This document shows, one piece after another, positions 27,564 to 36,887 of a DNA stretch of 64,000 nt. The position numbers and the translations under genes were made by a program. The DNA is taken from IMG/VR virus record IMGVR_UViG_3300042203_000045; one strand, given 5' to 3'. The DNA is from a virus. Under the pieces are notes generated by a model. The model made no database searches, was not told the DNA's origin, and saw only the letters and a list, made by a program, of their open reading frames with translations. Each line of letters opens with the position of its first letter. Within the stretch, counting starts at the first letter, position 1.

Positions 27564-27848
27564 CCGTTACGGATCGTTACGGGGCCATCGTTACGCCCGT
27601 AATGATGCCAAAAATGGGCGAAATTATCGTTACGGGCAGGGTCAAAAATCGTTACGGCCGTAACGATCATAAGTAATAGGTTTATGTATAGTCAAAGGCG
27701 CATCGTTACATGATTACAAAAATCATTACGGGCAGCTTTCCAGAGGTAGAAGGGCTATCGTTACGGACCGTTACGGGCCATCCCGTAACGATAGCCCACC
27801 ATCGTTACGGGCTACACACACTATATATGTGTGTAGCCGTAACGATGG
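27564..27848. repeat. Putative replication origin: (AT)CGTTACGG iterons in both orientations with AT-rich core and terminal palindrome
   Basis: About a dozen CGTTAC/GTAACG copies between helicase and primase; CCATCGTTACGG..CTACACA-TATATA-TGTGTAG.CCGTAACGATGG. Confidence 0.8.
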
Positions 27849-27902
27849 GTCGGGGGAGTAATTGAGAGGGGCAATTGTGAACGTGATTTTTGGGGCGAAA
27901 GG

Positions 27903-29168
27903 ATGGGGGCAATGAGCGTCGGAATGATTACGCGTACGCAGACACGCGGGGGTGCTGGAAGGCGAACGGCAGGGACGCCGCCCGACCCCGCCGCGGCGGC
28001 GCAGCGCCAGCATCTCATCGAAACCGCCCGCGCCACCGACCTGGTGCAACTGGTTGGCCGCTACACCCAACTGCGGCGCGCCGCCACCGGCGAATGGGCG
28101 GGGCCGTGCCCCAAGTGTGGCGGGGAAGATCGCTTTCATGTTGACGCCGCCGGCTGGTTCTGCCGCACCTGCAAACCATACGACCAGGCGCACGGCTGGT
28201 ATGGGGCAATTGATTTCGTCATGTGGATCACCGGTCTCGACTTCAAGGGGGCCGTTGGCTGGTTGACAGGAGCGCAAATGACAGCAGCAGTGCAGCAGCG
28301 CCGGGCCGAGCCGCCGGCGCCCGAACGGACGGAGCCGACCGACGAATGGCGGATGGAAGCGGAGGCCATCGTCAAGGCGGCGCAGTACACCCTGTTTGAG
28401 GCCGCGCTCAACGGCGCGGAATACCTGGCCGGCCGCGCCCTGGAGCCGGGCACCTGGGCCGCGTTTGGCTGGGGGCTGACGACCTACAAAGAGCGATGGG
28501 CCATCGTCATGCCCTGGTATCGGGCCGGTAAGCTTAACGCCATTCGCTACCGCTACCTTCAGCCTGACGCAGACGGCAACCGCCTGATTGCGCACCCTGG
28601 CAGCAAGTTTAGCGGCATCCTCTACGGCGGGCAGGCCCTGGAACCCGGCGGTGAGCAGACCCGCACACTCGTTCTATGCGAGGGTGAGATCAACGCCGCC
28701 TCCATCTGGCAGGTCGCGCACGAAAGCCGCCTGGACGTGCTCTCACTCGGCAGCGAGGGGGCCAAGCTCACCGAGCCGATGATTGCCCACGCCGCCAAGT
28801 ACCGGCACGTCATCGTCTGGATGGACAAGCGCGACGTGGCGCTCAAGTTGCGCGAGCTGCTGCCCGCCCGCACCGTCGCCGTGTCGTCGCCCCTGCGCAC
28901 CGGGGCGGACGGGGTCGAGCGCAAGTGGGACGCCAACGACATGCTCAAGGCAGGCAAGCTGGGCGCGTTTCTCACCGCCGTGAGGGTCAAGGCGTGCGGG
29001 GAGGATGCGGCGGCGCGCGAGGGCCTGCTGTATGACCTGTGCGACATGGCCCGCCATCCGCTGGGGGTTGACGCAGGAACAGGCGCGGCGGCGCTCAAGC
29101 TGGCCGGGGAGTTGGGCCGCGACGTGAAGTTGTATCAGTGCCCGGACGGGGCGTGGAGGGGGATGTGA
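27903..29168 (+). CDS. DNA primase (zinc finger plus TOPRIM)
   Basis: GPCPKCGGEDRF...FCRTC; VLCEGEIN; KWDANDML. Confidence 0.85.
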   Translation: MGAMSVGMITRTQTRGGAGRRTAGTPPDPAAAAQRQHLIETARATDLVQLVGRYTQLRRAATGEWAGPCPKCGGEDRFHVDAAGWFCRTCKPYDQAHGWYGAIDFVMWITGLDFKGAVGWLTGAQMTAAVQQRRAEPPAPERTEPTDEWRMEAEAIVKAAQYTLFEAALNGAEYLAGRALEPGTWAAFGWGLTTYKERWAIVMPWYRAGKLNAIRYRYLQPDADGNRLIAHPGSKFSGILYGGQALEPGGEQTRTLVLCEGEINAASIWQVAHESRLDVLSLGSEGAKLTEPMIAHAAKYRHVIVWMDKRDVALKLRELLPARTVAVSSPLRTGADGVERKWDANDMLKAGKLGAFLTAVRVKACGEDAAAREGLLYDLCDMARHPLGVDAGTGAAALKLAGELGRDVKLYQCPDGAWRGM

Positions 29169-29881
29169 CAGAGCAAGAGCAATGGCAACTCGACTACATA
29201 CGCCGACTCGCCTTGCGAATGGTTGTTGATTTTGCTTTTCAGTGTGGAGTCTCGCTGAAAGGGTTAGGCTACTTCGACAGGAAGTGTCGGGGACGTTTTT
29301 ACCTTGGTCATGGCGGCAGTATCAATGTTCAGTTGTTAAACGACAGGGCGCTCGTAGATGTGGATGGTCGGCTATTTACGATGAGTGAAAATCCATCCGG
29401 CGAAATAATACAACTTGCTGCTGATTCCGTGATGGGCGTAATCGGAATGCACTTTGAAGCAGCGTGGGAGCAAGTCATTACCCCGTGCCAGGCTCCTATT
29501 TGCAATAAGGCTAGGGGCAGGTGGCAAGTGTGCAATCTTCATGCTGGCAGGTGGATGTGTGGCGAGTGCATTAGTCGGCTATCTCTCTGCGAGCCTGTTT
29601 ACCATCGAACCGGCGAAACAGCCGAGGAACGCAGCGAGCGCGACAAGATGACGCCTTCGCTCCGCTACGACATTCTGGAGCGCGACAAATTCACCTGCCA
29701 GTCATGTGGGCGCACGCCGCCAGACGTGAAATTGCATGTAGACCACAAGATACCTGTTGCGCTTGGCGGCAGGACTGTACCGGAAAACCTGCACGCCCTA
29801 TGCGCCGATTGCAACCTTGGCAAGTCTGCAAAAATGCCGTCTCAGGCAACGCTAGACTTTTGGGAGCAGATCCACCCATGA
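29165..29881 (+). CDS. HNH endonuclease
   Basis: LRYDILERDKFTCQSCG...LHVDHKIP...NL..LC..CNLGKS; lower-GC 5' half. Confidence 0.85.
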   Translation: MTEQEQWQLDYIRRLALRMVVDFAFQCGVSLKGLGYFDRKCRGRFYLGHGGSINVQLLNDRALVDVDGRLFTMSENPSGEIIQLAADSVMGVIGMHFEAAWEQVITPCQAPICNKARGRWQVCNLHAGRWMCGECISRLSLCEPVYHRTGETAEERSERDKMTPSLRYDILERDKFTCQSCGRTPPDVKLHVDHKIPVALGGRTVPENLHALCADCNLGKSAKMPSQATLDFWEQIHP

Positions 29882-30477
29882 CCACCACCATCTTCCTCCA
29901 CGACGCCGCTACCCTGCGCGTGTCGTTCCCCTACAGCGTCGCAGCCGTCGCTGCCATCAAAACGGTAGGCGGCGCGACCTGGGACAAGGCAAGCAGGACA
30001 TGGCGGCTGCCCGTCTCCTGCCTTGACGCCCTCCTGCGAGTCTTTGGCGACGATTGCGCCGTTGCGCCCGAAGCGGCAATGGCAGCCGCGCCCACCTTGC
30101 CCATAGAGCACTTCGCCCTGACCTGCGCCGCCGCTGGCGTCCATCTCCGCATCGAAGGCGACCGTGTGCAGGGTTCCGGCGGCTGCTGGACGCCCCTGCT
30201 GCAAGCGGAGATAGACCGCCGCGCCGTCCCCCTGCGCCGCCTGCTGGAAGGTGGCTGGCAGCCGCCGCGCCCGCTCGCCCCGCCGCCACCCGCGCCAGTG
30301 CCCGCCAGCTACGACCACATCACGCACCTGGATCGCGTCATGGCGGCAGGGGAAGTGAACTGGCTGGCGAAAGAAGTGCAGAAACAAGACATCATAGACA
30401 ACGCCAAAAGGAGGAAACGCAAAGAGATGTTTCGCAAATTCGACGCACAGTTGGGGATCGAGGGGTTGCTGCCATGA
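29878..30477 (+). CDS. HARP-like domain protein
   Basis: FPYS..AVAAIK..GGATWD...RTW.LP. Confidence 0.5.
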   Translation: MTTTIFLHDAATLRVSFPYSVAAVAAIKTVGGATWDKASRTWRLPVSCLDALLRVFGDDCAVAPEAAMAAAPTLPIEHFALTCAAAGVHLRIEGDRVQGSGGCWTPLLQAEIDRRAVPLRRLLEGGWQPPRPLAPPPPAPVPASYDHITHLDRVMAAGEVNWLAKEVQKQDIIDNAKRRKRKEMFRKFDAQLGIEGLLP

Positions 30478-30953
30478 TGAATCCATACGAACGAGTGAAG
30501 TTATCCAGAGAGCGCACCGCGGCGACGTTCCCCCTACCTACGCCGCGTGACTGCATCCGCTACGCCATCACGGAGTTGGCGGAATACGACGACGCGCTTC
30601 TGCGCCTGGAACGCGCCGGCGACAAGCGCAACAATGCCCGCCAGCCTGACCCGCAGGCAGAGTTGGGGCAGTGCGTGTACATGCTGCTGAGTGCGGCAGT
30701 GCAGACGAGTGGCCCGCCTGAGTATTACCCGGTATTGCCCGACGTGTCGGTTGTATGGTACGCCGACACACTTAAGTGGCTTGCCGATATGTTACAGGGG
30801 TTTTGTGATGGTTTTTCGGCTCTGGCTGAGGAACTTTCCAGAACCTACAGTGCACTTGTCGGCATAGCGTCATTTCACGGCTGGGACATGACCTCCCTGG
30901 TCGAAGACACCTGCGCCGCCTTTGAAGCCAAACACGGGACGGTGGCCCCATGA
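30474..30953 (+). CDS. Possible MazG-like NTP pyrophosphohydrolase
   Basis: All-alpha; TELAE..D...ELG pattern, incomplete; next to dCMP deaminase. Confidence 0.4.
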   Translation: MMNPYERVKLSRERTAATFPLPTPRDCIRYAITELAEYDDALLRLERAGDKRNNARQPDPQAELGQCVYMLLSAAVQTSGPPEYYPVLPDVSVVWYADTLKWLADMLQGFCDGFSALAEELSRTYSALVGIASFHGWDMTSLVEDTCAAFEAKHGTVAP

Positions 30954-31381
30954 CAACCCGCCCCGACTTCGACGCCTGGGCCATTGACCTTGCCCGCCAC
31001 TTTGCCGCCCGCGCCACCTGCCCGCGGGCGCAGGTCGGCTGCGTGTTGGTGCGCGGCAAGCACGTGATCGCCAGCGGCTACAACGGTGCGCCGGCGGGGA
31101 TGCTGCATTGCGCGGATGCCGGCTGCCAGATGATTGACGGACATTGCACCCGCGCTGTACATGCCGAATCGAACGCCATAGCGCAAGCCGCCCGTTATGG
31201 CAACGCCATCGAAGGCGCTTGGGCCTACTGCACGCACACGCCCTGCGCTACATGCGCCAAGCTGCTGCTGAGCGCCGGTATTGCGGGCGTCGTCATCGCA
31301 GACGATTACGGCGACGGCGGCGGACTGCAAACGCTTTTGGACGGCGGTGTCACCGTCACCTGGTTGGAGGTGCCCGCATGA
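30950..31381 (+). CDS. dCMP deaminase (ComEB-like)
   Basis: ATCPR.QVG, GYNG, HAE.NAI, PCATC. Confidence 0.92.
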   Translation: MTTRPDFDAWAIDLARHFAARATCPRAQVGCVLVRGKHVIASGYNGAPAGMLHCADAGCQMIDGHCTRAVHAESNAIAQAARYGNAIEGAWAYCTHTPCATCAKLLLSAGIAGVVIADDYGDGGGLQTLLDGGVTVTWLEVPA

Positions 31382-31908
31382 GCAAGCGCCGCCGCTCCGA
31401 CGCAGACGCCGCCATTGCCGACCTGCTGCGCCGCAACCCGGAACTACCCGCCATTAACCCGCACCTGGCGCAGCCCGCCCCCCAGCCGCACGCGGGGCAC
31501 GCCCCCGCCTACCAGCTTACCGAGGCCGCGCACCCCGCACCCACCGAGCATGAGGAGCAGGTGGCGCTGTTCGCATGGGCCGCGGCGCAGGAGGAGTTTT
31601 TTCCCGAACTGGCACTGCTCTTTGCCATTCCGAACGGCGGGTACAGACCGATGGCGACCGCAGCGATGTTGAGAGCGGAAGGGGTCAAGGCAGGCGTGCC
31701 AGATTGCTGCCTGCCGGTGGCGAGGGGGCGCTTCCACTCGCTATGGATAGAGATGAAGCGCAAGCCGAATAAACCAACGGAGACACAAGAGTTATGGATA
31801 GCCCGCCTGCGCGCCGCTGGTTGTATGGCTGTTGTCTGCTACAGCGCAGACGAAGCGATCAGGGTAATCGGTCATTATTTATTTTTGGACGAAAGGAACC
31901 ACGCATGA
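31378..31908 (+). CDS. VRR-NUC nuclease (putative resolvase)
   Basis: EHEEQ, FAIPNGG, GVKAGVPD, IEMK, Q..W. Confidence 0.88.
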   Translation: MSKRRRSDADAAIADLLRRNPELPAINPHLAQPAPQPHAGHAPAYQLTEAAHPAPTEHEEQVALFAWAAAQEEFFPELALLFAIPNGGYRPMATAAMLRAEGVKAGVPDCCLPVARGRFHSLWIEMKRKPNKPTETQELWIARLRAAGCMAVVCYSADEAIRVIGHYLFLDERNHA

Positions 31909-32216
31909 ACGAACTACTATTTGCCGCCATCGGATTCACCGCCGGCGCTGCACTCACCGCCGCTGCAACCCTGCGCCACGTCCGCCGTCTGCGCGACGAG
32001 CGGGACGCCGCCGCCCTCAACCTGCGTCGTGAGCAGCGGCGCTACGACCTGACCCAGCGCCTGGCGCGGCAAAGTGAGACGCAGGCCGCCGCGCAGATCG
32101 TCGCCCTCTCCTACGCACTGCACGACGCCACAACGAAGGTGGCGCAGGCGCACGAAGCGACCGCCGTAATCGGCGCAGACCCGCAAGCGCTGCTGCGCCG
32201 CTTCTCGCGCAACTGA
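31905..32216 (+). CDS. Membrane-anchored coiled-coil protein
   Basis: AAGGA RBS; N-terminal hydrophobic helix. Confidence 0.55.
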   Translation: MNELLFAAIGFTAGAALTAAATLRHVRRLRDERDAAALNLRREQRRYDLTQRLARQSETQAAAQIVALSYALHDATTKVAQAHEATAVIGADPQALLRRFSRN

Positions 32217-32221
32217 GCGCC

Positions 32222-32473
32222 ATGCACGCAGCACGCCCCCGCACCCGGCGCACGCCCGCCCGCAAGGCCACGGAGCCGGCAGCGCCGGAATGGGCCTACC
32301 GCCGCCTCGTTGGCGCCGTGATCCTGCGAGCCGTGCGCGACCTGCACGAACCCGCCTGGCGCTACGACGCAGCGCACTGGCTGGCGCACGAAGGGGGCGA
32401 ATGGGCGCTGCTGCTGGATTTGGATGTAACGAAGCTGAAATTGTGTAAGGACACGAAAGGACAAGATCAATGA
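32222..32473 (+). CDS. Hypothetical protein
   Basis: 83-aa ORF coupled to the next gene. Confidence 0.5.
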   Translation: MHAARPRTRRTPARKATEPAAPEWAYRRLVGAVILRAVRDLHEPAWRYDAAHWLAHEGGEWALLLDLDVTKLKLCKDTKGQDQ

Positions 32474-32997
32474 CCACTGAGAAGACCTTCGACAAAGCCG
32501 ACCTCCTGCGCTTCTTCCACGAAGCAGACGAAGAAGCCGTGGTTGGCAAATTCACCGTGATCCACCCGCCCACGCCGCAGCAACTGGCCTTTGACCAGGA
32601 CGCCGACCAGGGCGAAACGCAGAAATACCCCGTCGCCGCCGAAACGACCGCCCTCTACTGCGACCGCTACGGCTTCGCCGTCGTGTTGCAGACCGTGGGC
32701 TTCCCCGGCGGCGGCAAGCAATATCTGCCCAAGGATCACCCCCTGCGCGACTTTGCCAAAGAGGGCCGCGTGACCACCCGCTACGGCGGCACCAACGCGC
32801 AGCTCGTGCGCTGGGCCACCGACCTGGCCGCAGAATGGCGCAACTGGATCGCCGCCTACATCCCGCTTGCGCCCATTGACCTGCGCCGCAAGCCGGGGCG
32901 CACCGACGACAACACGCCCACCGGCGAAACTGTTGACGATGTGTTTGCGCAGCACGGCGGCGAAGACGCAGACGGCGACGAAAGCGAGGGCGCATGA
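32470..32997 (+). CDS. Hypothetical protein
   Basis: 175 aa, AAGGA RBS, acidic tail. Confidence 0.65.
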   Translation: MTTEKTFDKADLLRFFHEADEEAVVGKFTVIHPPTPQQLAFDQDADQGETQKYPVAAETTALYCDRYGFAVVLQTVGFPGGGKQYLPKDHPLRDFAKEGRVTTRYGGTNAQLVRWATDLAAEWRNWIAAYIPLAPIDLRRKPGRTDDNTPTGETVDDVFAQHGGEDADGDESEGA

Positions 32998-33701
32998 ACG
33001 TCATTGCCTGGTTGCGCACCCCCATTGCTACACTGATCGTCCTTTGCGCCGCGCTGCTCAGCCAGATGCCGCACGCAGCGGACGTGTTTCGCATCCTCGT
33101 TGCCGGCGAAGGCTTCTGGGCCGTTGCGCACGGCTACGCCTACGCAGTTGCGCTGGAACTGGCCGTGCTGCTTTTCGTCGTGCAACGCCGCAACGCAGAG
33201 AGTTACGTTTTTGCCGGGGTGTCCATCCTCGTCAATCTCTCCTACTACGCCTTGCACGGCACAAACCTTTTCGCCTTCGCCGCCCTGCCGGCCTGGCTGG
33301 TCAGCATCGCCCTGCCGGCTGCGATTGCGCGCTACAGCCACCTGCTGGTTGAAGCGCCGGAAGCAGCGCACACCCAAACCCCCACCACGCCCGCAGAAAG
33401 CCCACAGAAGGCCGCTACACCCTCAGTGAAGCACAACAGTGCTGTAATCACTGTGAGTGAAGAAATGGCGGCCTCTGCGCCCCCCAGCGAGGCAGGTAGT
33501 GGATTGAGTGAACGGACGGAACCGGCGGAACCGGTCAAGCTCACGCCAGAGCAGCGCCGGGCGCACATCAGGAAGCAGGAGTTTATTGACGCTGCGCAGG
33601 TGGTTGCGCAGTTCGGCGTATCGTTGCGCACGGCGCAGCAAGACCTCGCAGCCGTGCGCAACGCAGCAACGCAAGCGAACGGGAAGGCGGTGAGGGCATG
33701 A
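32994..33701 (+). CDS. Four-TM membrane protein with C-terminal HTH (DUF2637/SpdA-like architecture)
   Basis: AVALELAV, SILVNL, LPAA...SHL; Pro/Ser linker; QFGVSLRTAQQDL HTH. Confidence 0.6.
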   Translation: MNVIAWLRTPIATLIVLCAALLSQMPHAADVFRILVAGEGFWAVAHGYAYAVALELAVLLFVVQRRNAESYVFAGVSILVNLSYYALHGTNLFAFAALPAWLVSIALPAAIARYSHLLVEAPEAAHTQTPTTPAESPQKAATPSVKHNSAVITVSEEMAASAPPSEAGSGLSERTEPAEPVKLTPEQRRAHIRKQEFIDAAQVVAQFGVSLRTAQQDLAAVRNAATQANGKAVRA

Positions 33702-33913
33702 CGCAATTAGCGAACGTCCCCAACGAAGATGCACTAGCCGCCCTGCAATCTGCGCAGCGCGAACTGGCTGACCTGCGCTGGCAGGTTGATCAGGCGAACG
33801 TGTATGGAACCTACATGCGCAATTGCGTTCGTCCCGTTACGTTTGCGGAGTGGATCAGGCGCAGGCGGGCGCTGCTTGCGTCGTTGAGCGAAGGAGATGC
33901 GCAAGAGACGTAG
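33698..33913 (+). CDS. Hypothetical protein
   Basis: Coupled 71-aa ORF. Confidence 0.5.
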   Translation: MTQLANVPNEDALAALQSAQRELADLRWQVDQANVYGTYMRNCVRPVTFAEWIRRRRALLASLSEGDAQET

Positions 33914-34028
33914 CGCAGCGCAGTAGACGGATGCAGCCCAGCGCAACCACGCCCGGCTGCACCCTGAACCAAACTCGGCGGCAGTGTCGCAGAGCGTGGC
34001 CTTGCACCAGTGTAGCAGGCACGCAGCG

Positions 34029-34056
34029 AACCCGCCAATTGTGGCGGTTTTTTGTT
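34029..34056 (+). terminator. Intrinsic terminator / attenuator
   Basis: CCGCC-AATTGT-GGCGG-TTTTTTGTT. Confidence 0.7.
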
Positions 34057-34075
34057 GCATTGAAAGGGGAAACGC

Positions 34076-34357
34076 ATGAACCCAACTGAACTGTTTTTCG
34101 CCATCCTGGTGGGCGCGCTGGCGATGGTGACGCCCGCGCTGATGCTGCTGCGTGCGGCGGCGCTGTACGGGGATGACTGCGATAACTACGCGCCGCCAAC
34201 GCCTGTAACGCCGGTGACAGTTGTCAACCAAAGCATCCACGTCCACTATCACGTGCAGCGCCGGCCCGCTTGCTATGTCACGCCGTTGCTTCTGGACGAC
34301 CTGGACGACCTGGACGACCTGAGCGATTACGAAGACCTGGAAGACTGCGAGGCTTGA
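34076..34357 (+). CDS. Small membrane protein with acidic tail
   Basis: N-terminal TM; CTGGACGAC x3 repeat encoding LDD repeats. Confidence 0.55.
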   Translation: MNPTELFFAILVGALAMVTPALMLLRAAALYGDDCDNYAPPTPVTPVTVVNQSIHVHYHVQRRPACYVTPLLLDDLDDLDDLSDYEDLEDCEA

Positions 34358-35160
34358 TGCGACCGCCCGCGCCCGTATCCAACGACCGCCTCGAACATCT
34401 GCTGCAAGAGCGCAGCGAGATGACCGCCCGCCCGCGCCCCACGCCGCGCCAGGTGTTGGCAGCCTGGATGGACAACTTTGGCGTAGGCGTGGGCGTAGGC
34501 GTCGCTGGAACCGTGCTGCTGTGGATGCTGCGAGCGCCGGACGGGGCCATCCTGGCGGGCGCCCTGTCCAGCGGCCTGCTGACCTTCGCCGGCATGATGG
34601 CATGGCGCGGAAGTCTGGACGAACGATCCGACTGGCGTAACGTGCGCGCAATCCGGCGACAGGTGACGGCCATGCGCAGCGAATACGACGGGCAGGCGCG
34701 CACCCTGCGAGCGCAACTCGACGCCGCCTTTGACGAAATCGAGAGCCTGGAGCGGGCGCTCGACCAGACCGCTCGTGAGCGAGACATGGCGCTGGCCGAC
34801 CTGGGCCGGGAACGGCAACTAGCGCAGCAGAACACGCGCAGCACGTTCGTAGCTAAGGAGGCCGCCCAGCCGCAGGACGTGCGCGACGCCAACGAAATGA
34901 TCCGCCACTATTTCGACACGCGCACCCATCTAAGCAGGCGGCGGGCATCAGAAGATAAGCGTTGGAGCGCAGAACGCTGGAAGGCTGCGCAGTCGCTTTT
35001 GGAGCGCGCCGGCGTGCTGGCGATCAACAAGACACAGCCTGTAATGCTTGCGCAAACCCTGGACGAAGCACTCGGCAAATTCAACGCCTACCTGGCGCGC
35101 GCCCGCAGCCTACAGCAGCCGCCCGTTACAGCACAGCAACCTTATGTCGAATACGATTGA
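34357..35160 (+). CDS. Two-TM, coiled-coil, C-terminal wHTH-like protein
   Basis: Two hydrophobic helices, heptads, SRRR...WS..RW......LERAGVL. Confidence 0.6.
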   Translation: MRPPAPVSNDRLEHLLQERSEMTARPRPTPRQVLAAWMDNFGVGVGVGVAGTVLLWMLRAPDGAILAGALSSGLLTFAGMMAWRGSLDERSDWRNVRAIRRQVTAMRSEYDGQARTLRAQLDAAFDEIESLERALDQTARERDMALADLGRERQLAQQNTRSTFVAKEAAQPQDVRDANEMIRHYFDTRTHLSRRRASEDKRWSAERWKAAQSLLERAGVLAINKTQPVMLAQTLDEALGKFNAYLARARSLQQPPVTAQQPYVEYD

Positions 35161-35263
35161 CGTTCAATTCGACATAACAGTTGGTTGGTTTGGTCAGACC
35201 ACCAAACCAATCCAGAGGTAGCCAAAGCAATCTGCCCAAAAGGGGGCAGGAGAGGGGAGAGGA

Positions 35264-35755
35264 ATGTTGCAGTTGACCATCGCTATGGTGTTCGTGATCG
35301 TGGGGGCGACATGCGCCCTGTGGGTGTTCCTCCTGTACAAGCTTTTGCCATTGTACCGCTCCGGCGCAGTGCAGGGCGCTCACCGCCCCGCCTTCCAGGC
35401 CGCCGCCGCCCTGCTCTCCTGGGTGACGATGCAGATCGCTGTGTGGCTGCTGATGCGCAACGACGCCGCCGCCGCCCTGCTCAGCGTCCTCTGGGCCATC
35501 GGCCTGCTCGCCTGGTTGACCCTGGCGACAGTCTCCCGCACGCGCCGGCAGGTGCGCAACGAGACAGCGCAGATCCACCCGCGCCCCACCGTCAAGCCGC
35601 AGGCGGCGCCGCCCAACCCGCCGCCGCCCGTCCCGCCCGACATCAGCCGCTACACCGTCCGCCGCGTCAGCCAACCCGCCGCCGCCGCTGCAACAGCCCC
35701 ACGCAGCGCCCGCGTGCGCAGAATCATGTCAATAGGAGAATCCTATGGAGACTGA
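35264..35755 (+). CDS. Three-TM membrane protein
   Basis: Hydrophobic segments; purine-rich RBS. Confidence 0.6.
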   Translation: MLQLTIAMVFVIVGATCALWVFLLYKLLPLYRSGAVQGAHRPAFQAAAALLSWVTMQIAVWLLMRNDAAAALLSVLWAIGLLAWLTLATVSRTRRQVRNETAQIHPRPTVKPQAAPPNPPPPVPPDISRYTVRRVSQPAAAAATAPRSARVRRIMSIGESYGD

Positions 35756-36302
35756 ACAGACAGCCTACGAAGTGCCCGGTCAGCAGCTGCGCTGGCGCGC
35801 CAGCCAGCTTAACGCACAAGGCTACCCGTACACCGTCCAGCCCGCTGCCGGCGGCGTTTACGTCGTAATCGTGCAGCAGCCGGCGGGCGTCAACCCGTTC
35901 GCCTACGCAGAGTACAGCCGCCCGCGGCAGGCGTGGCCCGCCTGGGATACAGAGCGCGTCCTGCGCTGGGTGCTGGTCGTCGCAATCGTGGCCGCCGCCG
36001 GCTGGATCGCCTGGTCACTGTTTGCCGGCGGCGACGCGCCCGCCCCGCCGCCCGCCCTGCCGCAGACAGACAACGTTTGGGACTGGATTGATAACCTGCG
36101 CCTGCCCTGGGAGGATGCCGCCGCGCCCGCTGCGAAGCCCGTCCAGGCCGAACCGTTCCGCTGGCCCTGGGAGGGCGCAATCGAGAGCGCCGCCGCCGCC
36201 GCCGAATCTGTGCAGGCGACTGTAACCACGGTTTCAGCCGCCATTCTGGCCGTGCTGGCGCTGCTCATCATGTTGGCGCTGGTGCGCCGGGGAGGGAGGT
36301 AG
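35745..36302 (+). CDS. Two-TM membrane protein
   Basis: AGGAG RBS; two TM helices. Confidence 0.6.
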   Translation: METEQTAYEVPGQQLRWRASQLNAQGYPYTVQPAAGGVYVVIVQQPAGVNPFAYAEYSRPRQAWPAWDTERVLRWVLVVAIVAAAGWIAWSLFAGGDAPAPPPALPQTDNVWDWIDNLRLPWEDAAAPAAKPVQAEPFRWPWEGAIESAAAAAESVQATVTTVSAAILAVLALLIMLALVRRGGR

Positions 36303-36304
36303 CC

Positions 36305-36766
36305 ATGCGCCTAATCGCTTTCATCTTCTACTGCGCGACCTGCGTGGCCCTGTTCTTCCTGCTGGTCAGCGTCATCCCTGACATGGAGCAGCAGTACACC
36401 GCCCGCTTCAACGAACGCCAGCGCCAGGAGACGCTGCGCACGCAGGCTCGCGAGGAAACCGCCCGCACCTGGGCAGCGCAGGCCGGCGCTACCGCCCGCG
36501 TGTGGGCATGGCCCGCTGCCGCTGGCGCCATCCTCATCGTGGCCGCCGTCCAGGCTGGTCGGACTTTCCGCCACCGCGAAACCGAGGAGACGCGCCGCCG
36601 CGCCCTGCTGGCGCTCTACATGGCCCGGATGCTGCCAGACGGCGCACGCGCCGAAATACTGCCCTACCGCGGCGAGCTTGCCATCATCAACCACAGCGAC
36701 GGCGAGATCATCCCCTGGCAGACAGCGCAGATTGAGATGGCCGCCGCCCGCCTGCTCACCGATTAG
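36305..36766 (+). CDS. Two-TM membrane protein
   Basis: GGAGG RBS; two TM helices. Confidence 0.6.
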   Translation: MRLIAFIFYCATCVALFFLLVSVIPDMEQQYTARFNERQRQETLRTQAREETARTWAAQAGATARVWAWPAAAGAILIVAAVQAGRTFRHRETEETRRRALLALYMARMLPDGARAEILPYRGELAIINHSDGEIIPWQTAQIEMAAARLLTD

Positions 36767-36811
36767 CCCCCGCCCCTGCGCGGCCAGTTTCAAACCCGTC
36801 ATTTTGGGGGA

Positions 36812-36864
36812 TTGACACGCGCTTGCGTTAGTGCTATCATGTATGCAAGCGTTAGTGATAGCAA
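36812..36864 (+). promoter_or_regulatory. Promoter with overlapping repeats (possible RHH operator)
   Basis: TTGACA-17 bp-TATCAT; GCGTTAGTG x2; GCTTGC...GCAAGC. Confidence 0.7.
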
Positions 36865-36887
36865 TCAGACAAGAAAGGACGCGAATC

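Noticed and set aside
27564..27848. CRISPR-like array
   Set aside because: Repeats are about 10 bp, irregularly spaced and in both orientations; no cas genes
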